A DNA stretch of 49,902 nt from Candidatus Iainarchaeum sp. (lineage in GTDB: Archaea; Iainarchaeota; Iainarchaeia; JAGGVJ01), in the NCBI GenBank assembly GCA_021158055.1, contig JAGGVJ010000013.1:1-49902 (forward strand). The letters run 5' to 3'. The notes below the pieces were generated by a model that worked only from the letters and a program-made list of their open reading frames with translations, was not told the origin of the DNA and did no database searches. Below, piece by piece: positions 45,938 through 49,902 of this stretch; within the stretch, counting starts at the first letter, position 1, and every line of letters begins with the position of its first letter. Position numbers and translations under genes: made by a program.

Positions 45938-46848
45938 CTATATAAGATTCAGATTTTGAAGGACTTCATCCATTGCTCTTTTTGTGCTGTCGGTAACGTC
46001 AACAAGCGGCAGCCTCGGAGTGCCTGCCGGAATTCCTATTCTTCTTAATGCATAATGCGCGGGCGAAGGATTGGTTTCAAGGAACAGTGCATTGTAAAGC
46101 CCGCGAAGCTTTTCGTCAATCGCTTCTGCTTCGTCAAATTTTTTTTCAAGCGCAAGATGTGTGACATCGCTTGTCCTTTTCGGGGCAATGTTGGCAGCAA
46201 CAGAAATGACTCCCGTGCCTCCTGCTTTTATCATCTCGAGCGTGAGCCCGTCGTCGCCGGATGTTACCGAGAAAGGCATGTCTGAAGTGTTGTCAATGAT
46301 GGTTTTTATCTGCTCCATGTTTCCGGACGCCTCTTTTATCCCTATGATATTTGAAAATTCACGCGCAAGCCTGATTGTGGTTTCTGCCTCTATGTTTTTT
46401 GCGGTTCTTCCCGGAACGTTGTAGAGGATGATTTTTCCGTTCTATGCTGTCTGCAATTGCGGCATAGTGCCGGTAAAGACCTTCCTGGGTCGGCTTGTTT
46501 TGGTAAGGGCTTATCTTGAGGTGTGTCGTGATCCCAAGGTCTTCAATTTTTTTTTGCAGCGTCGATCGCTTCGCGCGTGCAGTTTGACCCGTCCCTTGTG
46601 ATTACAGAGACTTTGCCTGAAACGTGCTCAAGCGAGTTTTTTATGAGGCTTGTCTGCTCTTCCCATGTAAGGGTGCATGAGTGCCCGGTGCAGCCGGCAA
46701 TGAGTATCCCGTCAACCCCGCCTTTTATGACGTGGTCTATCAGCATGTTCATCGCTTCCTGGTTCACGGGATTGTCAATCGCGTTTCCCGTGTCCTTGAT
46801 GGGTGTTACGAGTGCAGGGTAACAGCCCGAAATGTTTTTTGCTGTCAT
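45938..46848 (-). pseudogene. dapA: 4-hydroxy-tetrahydrodipicolinate synthase, split by two +1 frameshifts
   Basis: Removing one A from the A9 run (46547-46555) and one A at 46440-46441 restores ...[52 protein letters not shown]...IIGIKEASG..., joining ORFs 46543-46848 and 45938-46318. Confidence 0.88.
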
Positions 46849-46849
46849 A

Positions 46850-47617
46850 TCAATTGCCTCCGGTAATGTTTTTCACCATGTCGTCCAAAGTGAATATGCC
46901 TTTTTTTCCCGAGATCCATTCTGCAGCGGCAACAGCGCCTTGGGCGAATCCCACGCGGCTTTTCGCAGTGTGCTTTAATTCGATCGTGTCCGCGGAACTG
47001 TCAAAACCCACTGTGTGCGTGCCGCTTATTGTTCCCGCCCGCACGCTTGCCACGTGAAGCTCTTCGGGTTTTATTTTCCTTTCCAGCCTGTCGTACATCG
47101 CGGTTGTTTTTCTGTTTGTGTTGTTGATTATTATCTCGCCCAGTTTTCTGGCTGTTCCGGACGGGCTGTCAAGTTTTTGGCTGTGGTGGAATTCAACTAT
47201 AAAAGAGTCGTATGAGTCAAAATTGTTGATTTGTTTTGCGGCGTCTTCGACTATTTTGAAAAAGATGTTGACTCCGATTGAAAAATTAGGGGAGTATAGT
47301 AGTGCAGTGTTGTTTTTTTTAACAGCTTTTCTTGCTTCGTCCAGCCTGTTGTGCCAGCCTGTTGTACCCACAACAATGGATTTTTTGAGTCCGGCCGCTT
47401 TTTTTATGTTTTCTGTTGCTGCTGCTGGCTGCGTGAAATCTATGCAGACATCAACACCCGCGAGGCTTTCTTTGTTTATTTCGTTGAACTGGATGCCTTC
47501 TTTTTTGATGCGGGGGTCAATTATTGCCTTTACTGCGTGTCCTTTTTCAAGGGCTGTTTTTTCTATTTCCCTGCCCATTTTGCCGTAGCCGATTATGGCA
47601 ATGTTTAACAAAGGCAT
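46850..47617 (-). CDS. dapB: 4-hydroxy-tetrahydrodipicolinate reductase
   Basis: IGYGKMG, IDFT, VGTTG, PNFSIGVN, EFHHSQKLDSPSGTA and H.AKSR.GFA.GA motifs. Confidence 0.95.
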   Translation of the reverse strand: MPLLNIAIIGYGKMGREIEKTALEKGHAVKAIIDPRIKKEGIQFNEINKESLAGVDVCIDFTQPAAATENIKKAAGLKKSIVVGTTGWHNRLDEARKAVKKNNTALLYSPNFSIGVNIFFKIVEDAAKQINNFDSYDSFIVEFHHSQKLDSPSGTARKLGEIIINNTNRKTTAMYDRLERKIKPEELHVASVRAGTISGTHTVGFDSSADTIELKHTAKSRVGFAQGAVAAAEWISGKKGIFTLDDMVKNITGGN

Positions 47618-47711
47618 ATGAATACAAAACAGGCGAAGTTTATATTTTTTGTGCAAAACAAGAGGATATTGCATGCTTTTTGAAAACAAGCGCCGGGAGG
47701 GGGGTTCTGGC

Positions 47712-48716
47712 TTAGTTTTCGATCAGGGACTGCATGTCGAACACAATGATGTTTCCGTCAATGACGGTCCCGTTGCTTAAGGTCAGGTTTTCTTTTTTGT
47801 TAAACGCTTCCTGGATTTCTTCCATTTTTTCTTCGGGATTGCCTGAGACTTCAAAAGAGGTCTTGCCTTCGTTTAACCCGTCGTTGTTTTTGTCACGGTC
47901 CAATGCAGTAATCATTTTTGAAACGTTCAGCATCCATTCAGGCACGCTTCCGACATTGTTTGGCATTCCGCTCAGTGTTGCAAAAACGTCAATGAATTCA
48001 ATTACAGCCGTGTCGCCTGAAGTTTCAAGCAAGTCAAAAAGCGCTTTGTTTTCGGCGTAAAGCTGCCCGGAGTCGTCAATTATTTTTTTGACGTCAACCT
48101 GGGTCGAACCTGGTATTATAATGAATTTGTCTCTGGATGCGACTTCAATGACTGTTTCATTGACCGGGTCTGTCATTTCATAAATTGAATAGTTTTTGTA
48201 ATATTCTTTTGGAACCGTTGTTGAACCGGTGTTGTTTTTGTGGTTTTTGAAGTCGTCAAATGTTTTTGAGTCTTTTAGTTTTATGATTGTGACCATGTTT
48301 GGCTGCATGGCTTCGCCGCCGCTCATTCCGCCTGAAAGCAGGTTTAAGCTGACTTCTTCAGCGATGTCGGCGTATCCTTCTCCTTCAGCGAAAGCATAAG
48401 AAGAAGCATAGTTGAATATCTCGGAAGCAGGCGCAATCAAAACCATTTCAGGTCCGTTCCATCCAGTGCTTGAATCCGGTTTTTCTTTGGAAGATGAATC
48501 GCCGTTTTCAGACAGGTCGGTTGTTGTGTCCGGGTCAGTTGAAATGTCTGGGGTGATTGTGGTTCCAGGGTCGGTTGGGGTTTGGGTTTGCGGATTTGGA
48601 TCATCCGGATTTAGTGAATCGTCTGGTGTTGCAACTGTTGGCGTTTCTTCAACGCACCCTGCTACCAGTAAAACTGATAATAGAAGAATCAACGAAAATA
48701 CTTCTGTTTTTGCCAT
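47712..48716 (-). CDS. Putative lipoprotein with P/T/D-rich linker
   Basis: Signal peptide ending in the lipobox LVAGC, a low-complexity PDD/TDP linker, and a possible EF-hand-like loop DRDKNNDG. Confidence 0.75.
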   Translation of the reverse strand: MAKTEVFSLILLLSVLLVAGCVEETPTVATPDDSLNPDDPNPQTQTPTDPGTTITPDISTDPDTTTDLSENGDSSSKEKPDSSTGWNGPEMVLIAPASEIFNYASSYAFAEGEGYADIAEEVSLNLLSGGMSGGEAMQPNMVTIIKLKDSKTFDDFKNHKNNTGSTTVPKEYYKNYSIYEMTDPVNETVIEVASRDKFIIIPGSTQVDVKKIIDDSGQLYAENKALFDLLETSGDTAVIEFIDVFATLSGMPNNVGSVPEWMLNVSKMITALDRDKNNDGLNEGKTSFEVSGNPEEKMEEIQEAFNKKENLTLSNGTVIDGNIIVFDMQSLIEN

Positions 48717-48893
48717 GTTACCCCTCGCGTTTTGTTTCAGGGTGAAAACTGCACCCCGCACTCTAAAGTTTGTGGTCTGTATGTGTAGATATAAATGATA
48801 TGAACTTTGTTTGTTTAAAATAATTTGGTTTACGCCGGTCAAACGGTTAATTTGCTGAAAAAGTATTTAACTTGTTTGTGAGTAAATATTGTT

Positions 48894-49250
48894 ATGGAAG
48901 CCAAAGTGTTTATCCAGGGGGTTTTTAGCATAACGGGTGCAGGTCCGGTTGTAGTTGGCAAGGTGGTTGATGGGATGCTTACGCCCGGAATGAAACTTGA
49001 AATTTCAGGAACGACTATGCAGGTGCGGTCAATTGAACAGCATCACGAAGCTTTAACCCGTGCAGGCCCGGGGGAAAATGTCGGAATCGGGTTCACTAAC
49101 GGAAACAAGGATCTTTTGAAAAGCGTTGAAAAACAAGAAGTCACTTTTTTTTCAGATGATTCCGCATCCAAGGGGTTTAACGGGCAAGTGCCGGAACCGA
49201 ACAGGCCAAAAGGAGTTATTGATTCGCTAAAAGGGCTTTTTGGAAAATGA
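48894..49250 (+). CDS. Stand-alone EF-Tu/EF-1A domain II-like beta-barrel protein
   Basis: VFSITGAGPVVVGKVVDG.L.PG and VRSIEQHH..L..A.PGENVG motifs; no GTPase domain. Confidence 0.8.
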   Translation: MEAKVFIQGVFSITGAGPVVVGKVVDGMLTPGMKLEISGTTMQVRSIEQHHEALTRAGPGENVGIGFTNGNKDLLKSVEKQEVTFFSDDSASKGFNGQVPEPNRPKGVIDSLKGLFGK

Positions 49251-49255
49251 AATTG

Positions 49256-49322
49256 AATAATTTTAGTTATATTTTGGTTATTTCAATTATATTTTAGTTA
49301 TATTTCAATTATTATCAGTTAT
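49256..49322. repeat. AT-rich degenerate short tandem repeat
   Basis: Repeated attttagttat / attttggttat / ttcaattat units. Confidence 0.6.
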
Positions 49323-49366
49323 AAATTTAAAAATTATTTGCATAATTTATATGGCGGTGTAAATCA

Positions 49367-49717
49367 ATGGACTTAAAAAAAATAGGCCTGGACCTGGATC
49401 CGATGACTCTTTTGAAATTCAGGGAAATAATCGAGTGCGGTGAACTGATTGACCTGAAAAGCAAGCCTGTTTCAAAAGACGCAAAAGCAGAGCTTTTCAG
49501 GCGTCTTGTGGAGAGGGTGTGGAGCGACAACGAGGAAGAGATCCTCAAAAGCATCCAGTCAAAGCACAAAGAAAATTGCTTGCCTGAAGAAGAAGAGTCA
49601 ATGAAAACGCGCATAAAAGAACTTCAGATGCAAAAACTTGAAGAGCTCTCGAGAAAATACCCGTCAATAAGCAGGATGAAAATCATACGCGAGATGCAGA
49701 AACTGGAAAACACATAA
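49367..49717 (+). CDS. Hypothetical protein (charged, helical)
   Basis: 116-aa ATG ORF preceded by GGCGGTG; no recognised motif. Confidence 0.65.
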   Translation: MDLKKIGLDLDPMTLLKFREIIECGELIDLKSKPVSKDAKAELFRRLVERVWSDNEEEILKSIQSKHKENCLPEEEESMKTRIKELQMQKLEELSRKYPSISRMKIIREMQKLENT

Positions 49718-49735
49718 CTAAAAAAGTGGTTTTTA

Positions 49736-49902
49736 ATGGCAGACGAATTGTTTTTCACGACAGGGATTTTTCCGCTTATTTTTGCATTGGCGCTGGGTAT
49801 TCTTTTTGTTTTTGCATTCCGCGCGGTTAAAGGAGAGCGGAAAAGAACAAGGCAGATAGGTGAAGAGTCAGGGAAACTGGGTTTTGGTTTTTCAGGCAAT
49901 CC
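49736..49902 (+). CDS. Membrane-anchored hypothetical protein, truncated by window end
   Basis: Hand-translated MADELFFTTGIFPLIFALALGILFVFAFRAVKGERKRTRQIGEESGKLGFGFSGN..., open to the end of the window. Confidence 0.65.
   Translation, partial: MADELFFTTGIFPLIFALALGILFVFAFRAVKGERKRTRQIGEESGKLGFGFSGN

Noticed and set aside
46543-46555. Programmed frameshift or phase variation as the sole explanation for split dapA
   Set aside because: A second independent frameshift about 105 nt downstream is not in a long homopolymer, so one slip cannot restore the protein.
48740-48756. Hairpin gggtg-aaaactg-caccc upstream of the lipoprotein gene
   Set aside because: Only a 5-bp stem, which is expected by chance, and it matches no RNA family I recognise.

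Overview
A gene-dense archaeal chromosomal segment. Archaeal markers are an HMf-type histone, a DGGGP synthase, ribosomal protein L40e, an archaeal ATP-dependent ligase, archaeal TyrS and GGTGA-type SD motifs. A DPANN-like lineage with anabolic capacity (e.g. Iainarchaeota/Micrarchaeota-like) is only my inference. In order, the window holds: a partial FG-GAP surface protein; an rpl40e-DGGGPS-HTH regulator-PRTase operon; cupin PGI, CorA, ligase and DUF2797; a CPA2/CBS/K+ channel cluster; a combined pyrimidine/purine cluster (pyrE, pyrD, pyrK, pyrC, pyrF::purC, purB, purE, adenosine-kinase-like gene, alaX, guaA); tRNA-Ala(CGC) and ppsA; a type IV/Tad pilus locus (ATPase, two TadC-like genes, five pilin-like genes); ftsZ, a PRC-barrel gene, histone and PAP2; tyrS; a glycogen debranching enzyme; and dapB-dapA-dapL. 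The most unusual items are: (1) an in-frame cross-pathway PyrF-PurC fusion with a GS linker; (2) a pilus ATPase with a ~500-aa N-terminal extension that starts with a repeat-expanded, H1-like lysine-rich tract; (3) short tandem duplications throughout the window, many anchored on stop codons, with in-gene cases keeping the frame; (4) a tightly linked ftsZ2-like/CdpB-like/histone operon; (5) a doubly frameshifted dapA; (6) probable ATA/ATT start codons. No CRISPR array, rRNA or mobile element was seen. All family calls come from motif recognition by eye, with no database search.
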